NCBI GenBank assembly: GCA_051294905.1
Contig: CM119372.1
Location: forward strand, 37,016,001-37,080,000
Direction: 5' to 3'
DNA from: Botryllus schlosseri
Lineage: Eukaryota
Length of the DNA stretch: 64,000 nt
Below the pieces are notes generated by a model that was not told the origin of the DNA, searched no databases, and worked only from the letters and a program-made list of their open reading frames with translations. The translations under genes were made by a program, and so were the position numbers. Below, piece after piece: positions 40,504-53,156 of the stretch (its first letter is position 1; every line of letters begins with the position of its first letter).

Positions 40504-43150
40504 ATGATGAAGCTATTTATGAATGTGGTGTTATTCATACATACGTGCCACTGCGTGGTGAATCATCCGTTGGACAACGAACCGCTATCACAACGCAGAG
40601 AGGTCTCTGAAGAAGTGACCGTTGAATGGAAATTCGTGGAAGACATCATTATATTTCGAGTGAGTCTTCAGAAATGTGAATATTATCCTGCATATACTTC
40701 CGATACTCTCCTCCCACAATATTTTACCGTCGTTAGCCTAAAATACTATGTAACGAAACCTTGTATGACTGCTTTGCCGGTATGGACTTAGATTAGACCA
40801 GTTTTTTTCCATCGAGGCTCTCATAGCGCATGCGGCTCTGATTGACCTCTATATATGCCACAAAAATAGAGTAGACGACAGTTGTTGTTTGTTTCTATGA
40901 ATAGTCGTAGTCAATTTCTGTTTATGAATGCTAAAATGAGGGATATTAGTTGTGTCTAAAGCCATCCGAGGCCGCTTCCGAAAACCAGGAGAGGGAATTA
41001 TCGCAGACTAACGTCAACGCATGGACGAATGCCCGTCAGACGAGGATATATTTTGAGTTCGGCTGGTCAAAGACCTTTATACATCGTCTCTGCGAAGAGT
41101 AAATTTCGAGATAATTTCACTAACATCAAAATAACGACTCATAATCCAGTACAAATTGCAATAAGTCCAATATTGCTTAGCATATAATCCTCCGGGAAGT
41201 TCAACATTAGGTGCTGCAATGTATGAAGACTGAAGAGCTATCACGTAACGAAACAACAGTATGTTGCAGTATTGATATGCATTTTCAGTTTATTTCAATG
41301 TATAGCACTCGCCAATGTGCGTCTATCAATGCTAAAATAACCGAAGTAGAATATATAGATATCTATATGCATGCTTTGGAATTAGCTGGATGGTGAGAAT
41401 CTGAGTAGGTTTAAATTTAAATTTTATGTAGCCTACTCGACTGTTTTAATGCGGATCCATAATGACTCTAATGTTTAAAATGCGGCTCCGACATCCAAAA
41501 CGGTTGGAAACAGCTGGCTTAGAATATACAAATAAAATTTTGATTGGTGTGATGTATGATCCACAATACCAATCGCGATATCGAGACTCCTATATGTAAT
41601 GCACATTTGTGAGACCGGCATCGAACGCAACAACAAAGTCACTACATATATATATTCTCCATCCATACGCAACAAGCCATTGTGGCGAGATTTTAACAAG
41701 CCAAGAAACGCGGGTTTTCATAGGGACATCCTATCATTATGAATACGGCGATTACCGCCGAGCACTGACATAGGCCTATGCAAGGCAGGCGGAATTGACG
41801 AGAGATAACCCACTCCGAATTTCTAGCTAGACGATGACGGGAGTTTCATTTCATGTATAGACCTACCGCCACTATAAAGATTTTCAGCTTGGGAGAGACT
41901 AAATAGTACCCCCGGGGGTATTACTGCATTGTTTTTGTCGTTACTGTAACGAAGTTCATATCTTAATACTTTTTGTCATAATGGTTCCGTGATCTCTTCA
42001 TAAGACACGATTTAAAATGTTATAATTTATAAGCAACAATTGGGCGTTTTGGTTAACGAGCATTGTCGGATATAAAAATAATTTGGTCTCATACAGATAA
42101 CGGCCGCGACTACTGGATGGATTGGCGTTGGAATTTCCGAGAGTCCGTCGATGGAGGATGCTGATTTGATTATTGCGGGCGTACGAGACGGAGGTGTCTA
42201 CGTGCTGGTATGCTATCGCTTACGCTGTGTCGATTAAGTGTGTCATGGAGCGATCTCATGTTGTAATTTCACAGGATGCGTACTCAAGCACAAACGGACT
42301 GCCATCCCTTGACCGTGAACAGTACGTGGATATTCTTAGCGGTCGGGAAAACGACACGCATACGACTGTCACGGTTCTGCGTAAGAAGAACACTCTAGAC
42401 ACGGAAGATCTTAGTGTTGAGGTATGGATTGAATTTAAACTTTTTGTCTGCCGCGGAAGTTTGGGATAGTATATGGCATGCCAGCTAAGTTAAATCACAA
42501 TTTCACTGTAAACTGCGCTCGCATATTTAGCCGGTTTCCACCATAAGTATAGGGTAAAAATCTGGTTAAATGGCAATTTATTGATGCTGTATGATGGTAT
42601 GGAACACACTATAGACCGGTGTCCTCATCTTCCTATTTCACATAGCGTCGTTTTGTAGGACGGGAAAACTTACTACTTATTGTGGGCGTTTGGAAAGACA
42701 GACATACAAGGCTCGCGATTTTCGTACCGTTACTACCATGGCAACAAAAGAGGTAATATTCCTAACGTATATAGCTCAAAGAGTGAGTGTGTGTTCAATA
42801 ATGGAAATATTTCCCATGCAGGATTTATCCCTGGATTTTCAAGTAGCACTGACGCGGAAACTACATTGCAAGAAACTACATCTCGTGAGGAAACCATACG
42901 GACGACGTACCAGTCCTCCACAGGAGAGAGTGTGTCGAATGCAACGTCGGCATACATGACGGAGACCTTAACACAGCCAAATATGGCGACGGATACATCA
43001 AGATCCGAAAATGGGACCGTAATCAATAACGACACTGAGGTCGGAGATGGCACAAACTCAACTGTTAAATACAGTGCTGCGCTTTTATTGACGTTGCTCG
43101 CAGTTTTATTGGTGGCCGCTAAAAGCCGATTAGCGAAATTAAATTCTTGA
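40504..43150 (+). CDS. Secreted/membrane-anchored single-DOMON-domain protein with a Ser/Thr-rich stalk (paralog C, complete, ~278 aa)
   Basis: Exons: 40504-40659 (signal peptide..VTVEWKFVEDIIIFR); 42097-42207 (ITAATTGWIGVGISESPSMEDADLIIAG..); 42275-42421 (DAYSSTNGLPSLD..RKKNTLDTED..); 42659-42752 (DGKTYYLLWAFG..YYHGNKRG); 42822-43150 (S/T-rich, then YSAALLLTLLAVLLVAA..*). All introns GT-AG, with no internal stop. Confidence 0.9.
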
Positions 43151-43481
43151 TATGGAATAAGCTCGCCCAACAAGTGCGCACATATCCACTTTCATTCCAA
43201 ACCCTGATGGAAAGTAAAATCCTGATCATTTCCCCGCTAATGAGAGCTTGTCGACTTAACCAGCTCAACCTTTCTTCAATCGTGTTGCTGTCTTCATATA
43301 CTTGTCAATCGCCGAAGCATTGTTCTATATAACTTGGGCAATGCGTAAGTGTAGGCCGTAATGAACTCTCCGAGTGAATCTCGCTAGATCAAGCAATTGA
43401 TGTATGCGTTATGTAATTTCTTCAATTTGTCAATATACCGCCATCATATGCTATAATCTGCCCACTGTATAAGACTGCAGA

Positions 43482-43487
43482 AATAAA
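43482..43487 (+). promoter_or_regulatory. Candidate polyadenylation signal of DOMON paralog C
   Basis: First AATAAA found after the stop codon, ~330 nt downstream. Confidence 0.45.
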
Positions 43488-44710
43488 GCGTGAATCCGAG
43501 ATCTCTGGTAAACCATCTGGCGACATTGCGGTAGTTACGTTTGAATAGTACGTCGCGTGTGCAAAATAGAGTATTTCGCCACTATGTCATCATCTCTCAG
43601 TTTTCCACCTACATCTCTACTGCGCATTACTTGGAGAACGTGGCGCAAGCCTATGTATGTGATCCGCATAGCTGGGATATGGATGCATAACTATTTCGGA
43701 TATTGAAAAAAAAATTTTAACAATTACAAGCTATTAACTTTTTGAAAATGATCGAACTGAACATCTTTTGCCACAGTTTATGATGCATGCATACTTTTTC
43801 ATAATTGTTAGTTTTTAATAAATATTACGGGAATTTCGACTACGTACCATACTGTCGTGCGTATTGTGAACCGTGTCACTATTCATTGCTCTTTATGACG
43901 CTTTAACGTATGCGATACATTGAGTCAGGAGAATTGTTTAATTGAGCGAGTTAGTGACGTGTACATGTCCGATTCAGGGAAATACGGAATATTGCTCTAT
44001 GCTGGTAGTCTAATTGATAGCATTGATTTCGAAATACGTAACGGCGTCGACCATTGACCGAAAGTAAGCAGGTATGTAGTTATGTTTTGTACATTGCCTA
44101 AAGGTCATGCAGTACAGGGGTTATCGCAAGGCCTGCGCTGATGAAATATTCTATAATCAATATTGAAATCTTGAGTAGTTGTTCGGTCGTTGATCTATCT
44201 ATTTAATGTCGGAAGATGAGGAATGCTTTCCTTTGAATTTAACTAAAGGGATACTCGTGCATCTTCGACCATTTCAATTGCAACTCATGCAACGACACAT
44301 TATACATTATACAGCAACCGCTTCAAGCTAAACAGCATAATATCTCATTTCCATGCACACGGCTGTACACTAGAGTTGTTCAAAAATTACTTTTCTGCCC
44401 AAATCTCACTTGTTCGGTGATATTTCGATAACTTATTGAAATAATAGTATGCATGGTGGCTTCAATATGACAAAACATCGTGTTCACAGCATGCCTGAAG
44501 GCGAAGTGATGCTTTTTTCACTCGTTTTACACCTTGATACGGGCCTGTGATAGAGTTTGGGTAGTGAGTGACATGCAAATTAATTGAAATATGTAGAAAA
44601 TCTGGTAATTGCTTGCATTCTGATATTGATATCATTTTTGGAAATTGAAATCCGTCCGAAATCTTAGAATCTGGTATCTTCACATCTTAATCCATCTATG
44701 GTATGTACGC

Positions 44711-45672
44711 CAGTGTTGGGATGACTCGAGTCATGACTTGACTCGAGTCAGACTCGAGTCACCTTTTTCGTATGACTTGACTTGACTCGAGTCACTTTGC
44801 TAAAATGACTTGACTTGACTTGACTCGGCGTATCAGAAAAGCGGATTGACTCGTGACTCGAAGCAAAATTCACCAGTCAATTTCAAGTCATCAAGCAATC
44901 GATGTCGATAAAATCACTCAATCTTGCATATGGTCGGATTGTTCGCGAAACGCTGGTGTAACCCGTCAACGCGACCTATCATTCAATGATCGCGCGTTTT
45001 ACTGAAACTCCATTGTTCTCTCACAAATAAATTGACCACAAATGAAGTGATCAGAGCATACAGCTTACGCTGTCGTAAACTAGTATAGTAGAGTAATTCA
45101 ATAGCAAAATGTATAATTCTGTTCTCTGTTCATATACCTTAGCTAAACCTCTTGTTTCGTTGAAATTGAATTCGAATATAGTTAATATAGTCATCAACCA
45201 TTGGCGCAGACTCGAATAGTATCATATCGATTTGTAAATTGGTAATGCATTGCATCTTATTAATTCGTTTCTATAGTCTCTATTTTGGCTGGTAACTAAA
45301 TTGAGGCTATGTAATTACTTCCGTGGTTTAGCATTTCTATGTAAATGTGAACGATGTAGCACCTTCTTGCTTGTATATTTAACTCTAAATTCGTTCAAAG
45401 GTTCAGAATCAATGACCACGCAATCTGTATTTTAGACAGCTAGCAAAATGCAATGACGTAATCATGCCTCATATTTCGAAAAGGCAACCTAACCTGACTT
45501 GAATTGTGACTTGACTTGACTCGACTTGACTCGAGTCACCTACAAAAATCGAGTGACTTGACTTGACTTGAGTCACCTTCGAAAATCGATTGACTTGACT
45601 TGACTCGAGTCAAAATCTGCGATGACTCGAAATGACTCGTGACTCGAAGGTAGTGACTTGATTCCAACACTG
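44711..45672. mobile_element. hAT MITE with GACTT/GACTC arrays
   Basis: TIR CAGTGTTGG / CCAACACTG. Perfect TSD ATGTACGC. Confidence 0.92.
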
Positions 45673-46786
45673 ATGTACGCTTATATGAAAATCATGCTGC
45701 TTCGCAGTTGCCTTGGGCGAGATCTGTATGGTCGCTATTCCAATCAGTTGTGGAGCTTGATTCCGCCAATACAGCAATGACGCGGGTTGCAGGGAGATTT
45801 GTGATCAAATAAAAGATTTGAAAAAATACAAAAAACTCTCGATTCTACTACTCCCCGGCGTTGAAGGAATTCACTATTTTTACATTCAAGTCCCAGACGA
45901 AATTCTGAAATCATTTCGAATCGCGTGCAAGTCAAACTCTGCTAATAGCTTGAATTTGTTGAAAAGTAGCATCAACAGTCACCACTGCAATTATCATAAA
46001 TGTCGTGTCGAGTGTACACTAGGGCTGTTATCAAGTATCTTGTTTATCTTACTCCGATTCAAATTCATCCTAAATTTATATTTTGTTCTCAAATCAAAAC
46101 CCATGCTCATATAATCAAGGTACCATTCCACGACTTCATTGACAGAAAATGAGAAAAAAGACTACTTGATGGCATTGGATTGTCTTCATGATAGGTCACT
46201 AACTCGTGGTTGCCCTATCTCAATAGTGGCCCGTAGGCTACATTCCCTCTTCGACGCCTACCCACCAGCATATAACCTCTGCAAATACGTATTACTGTCG
46301 CCGAGTTCATAAATAGCCGAAATCTCAGACTTCTTAGATCAGGGGCGGGCAACTTTTCCGGTCGGCGGGCCTTATATGGAAAAATTATTGACTTGGCGGG
46401 CTGGATTACAAAATTGATACTTTAATCGCGTATTTATTCAACTAGACAGGTGATCAATCGTATTAATGTTAAGTTTAAGTTTGAAACATAGAGACCAAAA
46501 ACCGCATTTACTGAATATAATAACCTAATGTACTTCGATAGCTGTTGAAGTGAATCAGACATACATCGTCGATCAAAATTGTCAACAAGTTCTTTGAAAT
46601 CTGGCTGCATGTTGGATGTTAAAACCCCTATTGAAACGCAGCCTTGTCTTGTTAAAGTTCATGGTCGAAAGTTTTGCTCCCAAATGTATGTAGTTGTAGA
46701 CCCGAAAAGGATGAGTAGTTTCGTGACCACCTTTCTCATATTGGCAATCTAGCATTCAATCCGTGACGCATAAAATATGTCAACAA

Positions 46787-47752
46787 TAGGGGAGATGTGG
46801 TACCGATGGATCAAAAATTTGAAAATGATCGCTGGCCCCAAAATGTTTCACCGAAAACAGCAGATCTTTTGCTGGCTCAGCACTTTGATACAAGCTCTAC
46901 CTATCGCGCACATATACATGAATATCCGTCTTTTCGAAAAATATTTATGGACGTTTAAAATTTGTTGCTCGAACGTGTCATCGGTCCCCACCCGGTGGGT
47001 CCAATGGCACACGACCCGGGGACCTATGGCACATACACCCTAAAAAACTCAGATGTGACAACTTTTCTTGCTCAGTATTATAATCTCAGCTACAGCAAGC
47101 CAAAGAAGAATTTTCGGTCACAACCGTCAAAAAATAGATTAAATATTAACTCAGATGTTGTCATAAAATCACGTTTCGATTTAGGCTCGGACTTATAAAT
47201 TTAAGGGTACATACATATTGCCCGAAAATCGACAGTGTGACTTCCAAATACCTCGTTATAGCGATAAAACATCATATGCAATTATTACATAATGATTTTC
47301 TGTACGTAGTCATGTTTCATTTGTTTCATGATTAGTATGCTTGATTATTTGGCTTGATTTGGCTATTGTATCATCGGTCCTCACCCTACTAATTTTGTAC
47401 ATGAATCGAAAAAAATTCCACTCAAGGAAAGTACTGGAAAAAATAATAGGTTCCATTATATAGCCTGATACAAGCCCTAGACTTCACAATAAAAATGATT
47501 GCTGGTTTGTTCGTGTTGAAGGTTACAAAGAAAAATGTATATGTCGATCTCAATTTAGTTTACACCCCCCAAAACAAAAAACATCTGTGAGAGACCCCAT
47601 AGTTCGCGCACGTCGACTTTTTTTGTATGTGAGGAAAGATGTTGCCAGCATGCAATTGTAGACGAGTTCACGGAGTGTAATCATGGAATTATCATAGAGA
47701 ATTTTCAAAGTATTTTCGGTCCCAGTGATCCATCGGTACCACATCTCCCCTA
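46787..47752. mobile_element. MITE with 27-bp perfect TIRs (superfamily uncertain, possible TA TSD)
   Basis: TAGGGGAGATGTGGTACCGATGGATCA ... TGATCCATCGGTACCACATCTCCCCTA. Confidence 0.85.
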
Positions 47753-47763
47753 CCACATTAGAA

Positions 47764-48451
47764 CAGTGGTTCCCAACCGGCAGGGAATTCCCCCCTTGGG
47801 GGTAATTGGAAGTTTTTAGGGTGGAATCTGGCTTTAGGATTGTATGAGAAGATACAAAGGCTCACAACGTTTTTAGATTTTTCTGGTAGAACTGTCGAGT
47901 ATGAAACTAGTTCTTTACAATTGTATGTTTCTTTGGCGGATTTTAGGCTAGGCATAAGTTTAAACACTTTCCGTAGATATGACATCCCCTGATAAAGTGA
48001 GGCTCGCGAGACGATTTCGTTGAGCACGTGACAGCCTCTCGACCAAATTGCTACTAAGCAGGAAAAAGTCAAGCCGAATTCAGGACAAGGTCGCTGGTGA
48101 AAATGTTTACCTTTTTAAGCCAACATATGAGCTAGCGTGAAAATCATACCAAATTCATCGATTCAACTCAGAGCCATAGCAAGCGGACTTGGTGATTTAT
48201 TTTTCGTCAGCCGCTACACGATCAGTAGACAACAGGTTAAATTTTGCTGTTCTTTAGCAAAGTGAAGTGCGGTCCGCATTCGAAAAGTTCGGATATATCT
48301 GAATATCTTTGGCCATATGTTACTGAGTTAATAAATAGTTGTGCGGTACAAAGTACAATTTTTTAGTCACAGGCAGCTTTTTCATAGGGGGGAATTTTAG
48401 TTCAAATATCGGCCAAGGGGTCCACGAGACGAAGAAGGTTGGGAACCACTG
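47764..48451. mobile_element. hAT MITE (same family as 3171-3769)
   Basis: TIR CAGTGGTTCCCAACC / GGTTGGGAACCACTG. TSD CATTAGAA/CAATAGAA. Confidence 0.9.
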
Positions 48452-51109
48452 CAATAGAATTTCACTTTCATTGGCTTTTCCAAGTATAGAACTTCAATAT
48501 TGCAGCAAACAATACGTTCATATTGCCAAATTTATTCCAATAGAAGCTTTTCGACTGGCTCTCTTCAGCATTGAACGCCAGTAAATGAGGTTAACGAAGT
48601 TCGAAATTTAGAAATAATTTTGTCGTTGTGACGTAATGATAATAATAATGGTTGCATTAGGAAATTAATAAATAATTAATTAATTGCTCCAACCTAACCT
48701 AACTTCTGAACAGACGCATCACTGCTGTGGATACCTGCCGAACGATTTGGATATATCGCACCTGGACGAACCCGCCGTAGGACCAGGCGGATGACCCCAG
48801 AGGACTCGTCAACTCCGACCACACAGGAACATCAAAGAGAAGATATTTCTCAACATGGCGCCTGTGCAACATCGAACTGTGGCTCACAAAACAGCTCTGC
48901 TGCAAAAGAAAAAAAGAGACACAGATGGAGTAAAGAAGAGTATAAAGAAATAATGAGATGTTACTTCTCGGCCAAACTTGAAAACTCTGCAGGAGTAGCC
49001 GAAGGAACTTTTCACACTTGGAAAAAGAGAACAAACAACTCTCCAGCCATGACTGCCAATACCCTGGCAAATATGAGACGCTGTGTAATCAAAAAATTAT
49101 CAGAACAAGAACTCGCAGAAATCGAGAGCGAAATTTGCAACAACAAAAATAGAAAATTTCGAGGCACTAGAACTTCAATTCGGAGAAGATGACCTGTATC
49201 CGCAACAACCACTTGACGACCTGAACATCACAGAGGTAGAATTACAAAATAACATCGGGCACCCGAATGAACCTACAACACCTAACGATGATGACATGTG
49301 CACGGAATTGAAATTGGAGATCAAAAATCAAATTATCGACCGAATGAACTCCACATTCGATATAAATGACAGAGTGGATTTACGTAACCGACAAATTACA
49401 AAGAAACTGAAAACTGATATTGCAGTAGCGAACAGATTTTTGACAGAAACCATACTACCTGCAATTCTAAATGAAAAACAAGGAGAAAGGCCACAATGTC
49501 ACTTAACAACTATCAACAACCTCATTTACAGAACTGCAGCAGTTATCTCAGAAAGGCACTGCAAAATACCAAGGCCTGTCAACAAAAAAAGGGAAGCCAA
49601 TGTAGAATTGAAAACAAAATCGCAAAACTAAGGTGTGACGTTGCGATACTCTCAGAACTCAAAAAAGGAAATGTTTCCCGCAAAGTAAAAAATATAGCAA
49701 AAAGAATAGAACTGGAGCACCAAACCAAACTGCAGTCAACAGAAAAAGTGACAATGTTGCAAGAAGAATTAAAAATGAGAATATGCGCCAAAGCAAAACG
49801 ATTGAAACGATATAAAAAACAAGAAACACAATATCGCCAAAACTTGCTATTTGCTTGCAAACCTGGACAATTTTTCCGAATGATGAAACAGAAGTCAAAC
49901 CACAAAATTACCAGCAGTACAATATCAGCCACTGTAGATGTGGAATCATTTTGGAAGAAAATATAGGAAGCCAAAAAATTGCACAACTCAAATGCAAATT
50001 GGATAAAAGACCTCTACACTGACCACCTACAAACACCAGAACAACAATGGTCAGAAATCACAAAACAAGAAATCAAGGAGGCCCTAAAAAGTTCACTGAA
50101 CCGGAAAGCGGCTGGCCCTGACCGGATCAAAAACTTTTGGCTAAAAAAAACTAACTACAACACATAAATACCTAGCGGCAACCAACTATGAGCTATTATC
50201 CTCAACCAAATCACACGAGATCCCAACCTGATTCACCCAAGGGATCATCTATCTTATTGCAAAAAATGAGAACACCAGGGACCCCAAAAACTACAGGCCG
50301 ATGACATGCCTGACAACCATGTACAAAATACTGACCAAAATCCTGGCAAAACGAAACGACAAACACCTAGAAAACCTTCTTCCGCCTGAGCAGAAAGGAT
50401 GCAAGGAATGCGCCCTTGGCTGTAAGGATCACCTGCTCCTTGACAAAACCATTCTTGAAAACTGCAAGAGAAGGCATACTAACCTCAGTTTGGCGCGGAT
50501 AGACTACAAAAAAGCTTTCGATTCAGTCCCTCACACATGGATACTGAACACAATCCGTAGGTACGAAATGGATCAAATCACCATCAGATTTATTGAAGGC
50601 TCAATGAAAAATTGGCATACAAAACTGCAGATCAAACATGAACAAGGTGAAACAGAAACTTGTACAATTCATATCCACAATGGTCTCTTTCAAGGCGACT
50701 CAATCTCGCCACTTCTATTCTGCCTCAGCTTAGCTCCACTCAGTGAGTTGCTGAGAAAAAATGAAACAGGATACGAGATGAAAAAACCAACAAACTCTGA
50801 AGGTCAAAAGATTCATCATCTTTTGTTCAAGGATGATCTGAAACTATACGCGAAATCCGATTCGGATAGGAATAGGATAGGACGTAGTTTATTTTTGTCC
50901 TTGATGATTTTGCGGCATATACACCGACTCATGATACACATACACACGATCTGTGCATATGCATACCATGAGTGCATGATGTGCATATGCCACTGGACAA
51001 GGAAGTGCAGATATAGCTTTTATGGCTTTCTAAGTCATGCACCCCCCCCCCCCTCCATGCTATCCCAGTAATGCATGAGCGCCAAGCAGGGAAGTCATGG
51101 ATACCAGTG

Positions 51110-51312
51110 TGTGGTGATCCGCAATTAGGCAATAATTACTTTCATCTGATTAGTTACGTTGTACAGTACAGTGTCCCCTTATCGTTACCGTGTCATTCTA
51201 TTCTCTTCTGTTCGGCTGTCAGTTGTGTTCTATGTTGCTTAAAGCCACATTGGTTACCTTTGCTTTAATAAAGCTTCAGTTAGTTATTCAACGCAATAGT
51301 CAGTTTACGACA
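51110..51312 (+). repeat. 5' LTR
   Basis: TGTGG..GACA. Inr-like TCAGTT at 51219-51224. AATAAA at 51267-51272. Confidence 0.97.
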
Positions 51313-51313
51313 A

Positions 51314-51329
51314 TTTAAGCAACATAGAA
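51314..51329 (+). other. Non-tRNA primer-binding site complementary to the element's own LTR
   Basis: TTTAAGCAACATAGAA is the exact reverse complement of TTCTATGTTGCTTAAA (51228-51243). No TGG start as expected for tRNA priming. Confidence 0.85.
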
Positions 51330-51331
51330 TT

Positions 51332-52900
51332 ATGGCAGAAAGGATTCTGAAACCAGACAAGCTCGATATCAGTCCGGACTCCGCCTCTGCTGAAAAACAG
51401 TATCAGCATTGGTAGAAGACCTTCGATAATTTTCTTTCATCATTTGATCAAGATACATTAGGCTTACCAAACGTCCTCTTTCAAGAGGATTTATCCTCTT
51501 TTTTGACTTTTTTGAAAGTGTCCTCGGAGGACGCCCTTTTGTCCTCTTTTTTGAGATTTTGTCCTCATTTTTGAAAATTTAGGTCAAATTTAGAGGAAAT
51601 TGCGAGTGATATGCCGCAAATTAGCGCAGAAGTGAAGCTCCGGCGGGTATTTCGGAGGGAAAAGCGGTGATTTCAGCTCTGAGCGAAAAGAAGACCTTTT
51701 TTTTTTTTAGTCATCCACCTGGCAATGTGGAGTAAAAAACGTGATTTTGAGATCTGAGCGGAAGTGATGACCTTTTTTTTTTTAGTCCACCGATCATGAA
51801 GTGGGGAAAATTTACGGTTTTTGAGAATTCTTCTCCAGTTTGCATGTCTGAAATTTATGAAAAAGTGTCCTCTTTTTTCATTACCAAAATATGGTAAGCC
51901 TAAGATACATAGATCGACAAGCTGAAGATCTTAACGAATTTCGTGTCGTCGTCTGTCTATTCCTATTTTGAAGAAAGTTCGACTTACGATACCGCAATAG
52001 AACTTCTCGACAAAATTTATATCAAGCAAAAGAACGAAATCTTCGTCCGCCACATGCTAGTAACTCGTATTCAGAAGCCCGAAGAGACGATCGAGGAATT
52101 TTCCCGCGTCTTGGCAGATCTAGCAAAAGATTGCATATTCAAGACTCTCTCGGCGGAAGATCAAACGTTATCAGACAGATTATTAGAAAGTGACGGGGCT
52201 GTAACCCTCGAAATGGCGATCTCAAAAGCCCGCTCATTAGAATTCGCCCAGCGAAGCTCTAGTATCTATTGCAGCACTCCATGTTCATCTGTCGGCGTCG
52301 AACCGCTGGCAAAATCTTTGAATCCTGAAGTCGAACTATCATTCGCAGAAACTCACAGTCGACTCAACGCAATGAGCAAAACAATCAAACCTGATCGGAA
52401 GTGCTTTTTTTGCGGTCAGTCATTCCACTCCCGATATAAATGTCCAGCGAAACGGAGCGAGTGTGGCTATTGTGGAGTCCTAGGTCATTATGAAGTGGTT
52501 TGCAGGAGAAAGGCCACCGACAACAGGAAAACAGTAACTGCAATGATCTCATACTTCAGCGCCATCGGAGTACCCAAATGTCTCATAAAAGCAAGAATCG
52601 TGGTTAAGATCGGCTGCCACATAACATTTGCTTTAATCGACTCCGGTTCCGCGGAAAGCTTCATAAGCACTGGATACGCCAACGAAATTGACCTGAAATC
52701 CACTCCGTACTCCTCTACGGTTACATTTGCTTCTAAATCCCATTCCCGCAAGATTGAAGAACTCACAGACCGGACATTCTTGTAAACGAAACGAAATATA
52801 CGGAATTTCCTCTTAAAGGAATGGAAGATTTATGCGCTGATGTGGTGCTTGGTCTCGATTTCATGAACTTGCATAAACGAGTCATTTTCAATATGGACGG
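51332..52900 (+). pseudogene. gag: Gypsy gag plus aspartic protease (disrupted)
   Basis: MAERILKPDKLDISPDSASAEKQYQHW*KTFDNF, interrupted by a MITE. Zinc knuckles CFFCGQSFHSRYKC and CGYCGVLGHYEVVC. Protease motif ALIDSGS. Confidence 0.9.
51459..51902. mobile_element. hAT MITE inserted in gag
   Basis: TIR TAGGCTTACCA / TGGTAAGCCTA. Perfect TSD AGATACAT. GTCCTC arrays. Confidence 0.93.
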
Positions 52901-53156
52901 AGATAAAGATACCTTGGAACTCCCTCGAGATCAGAAGTACAGTGTATGTCGAAGCACCGCAAATTTTCAAGTTTATGACACCGAATTGTAAACCGATTGC
53001 CACTAAATCCAGAAGATACAGCGAAGCCGATCTGAATTTCATTAAAGCGGAAGTTGCAAAACTCGAGAAGGAAGGAATCACCGAGCCGTCCTCATCGCCT
53101 TGGCGAGCACAGGTTCTTGTTGTAAATGACGGTCGACACAAGAAGCGCATGGTCAT

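Noticed and set aside
42733..43173. 146-aa minus-strand ORF
   Set aside because: Antisense shadow of the last exon of DOMON paralog C.
48690..48800. HDV-like ribozyme at the 5' end of the R4/Dong LINE
   Set aside because: Could not identify the nested double-pseudoknot pairings by eye. An Infernal or RNArobo search would be needed.
50860..51071. C-terminal extension of the LINE RT ORF (50301-51071)
   Set aside because: Read-through into the antisense SINE insertion. The real RT resumes at ~58300.
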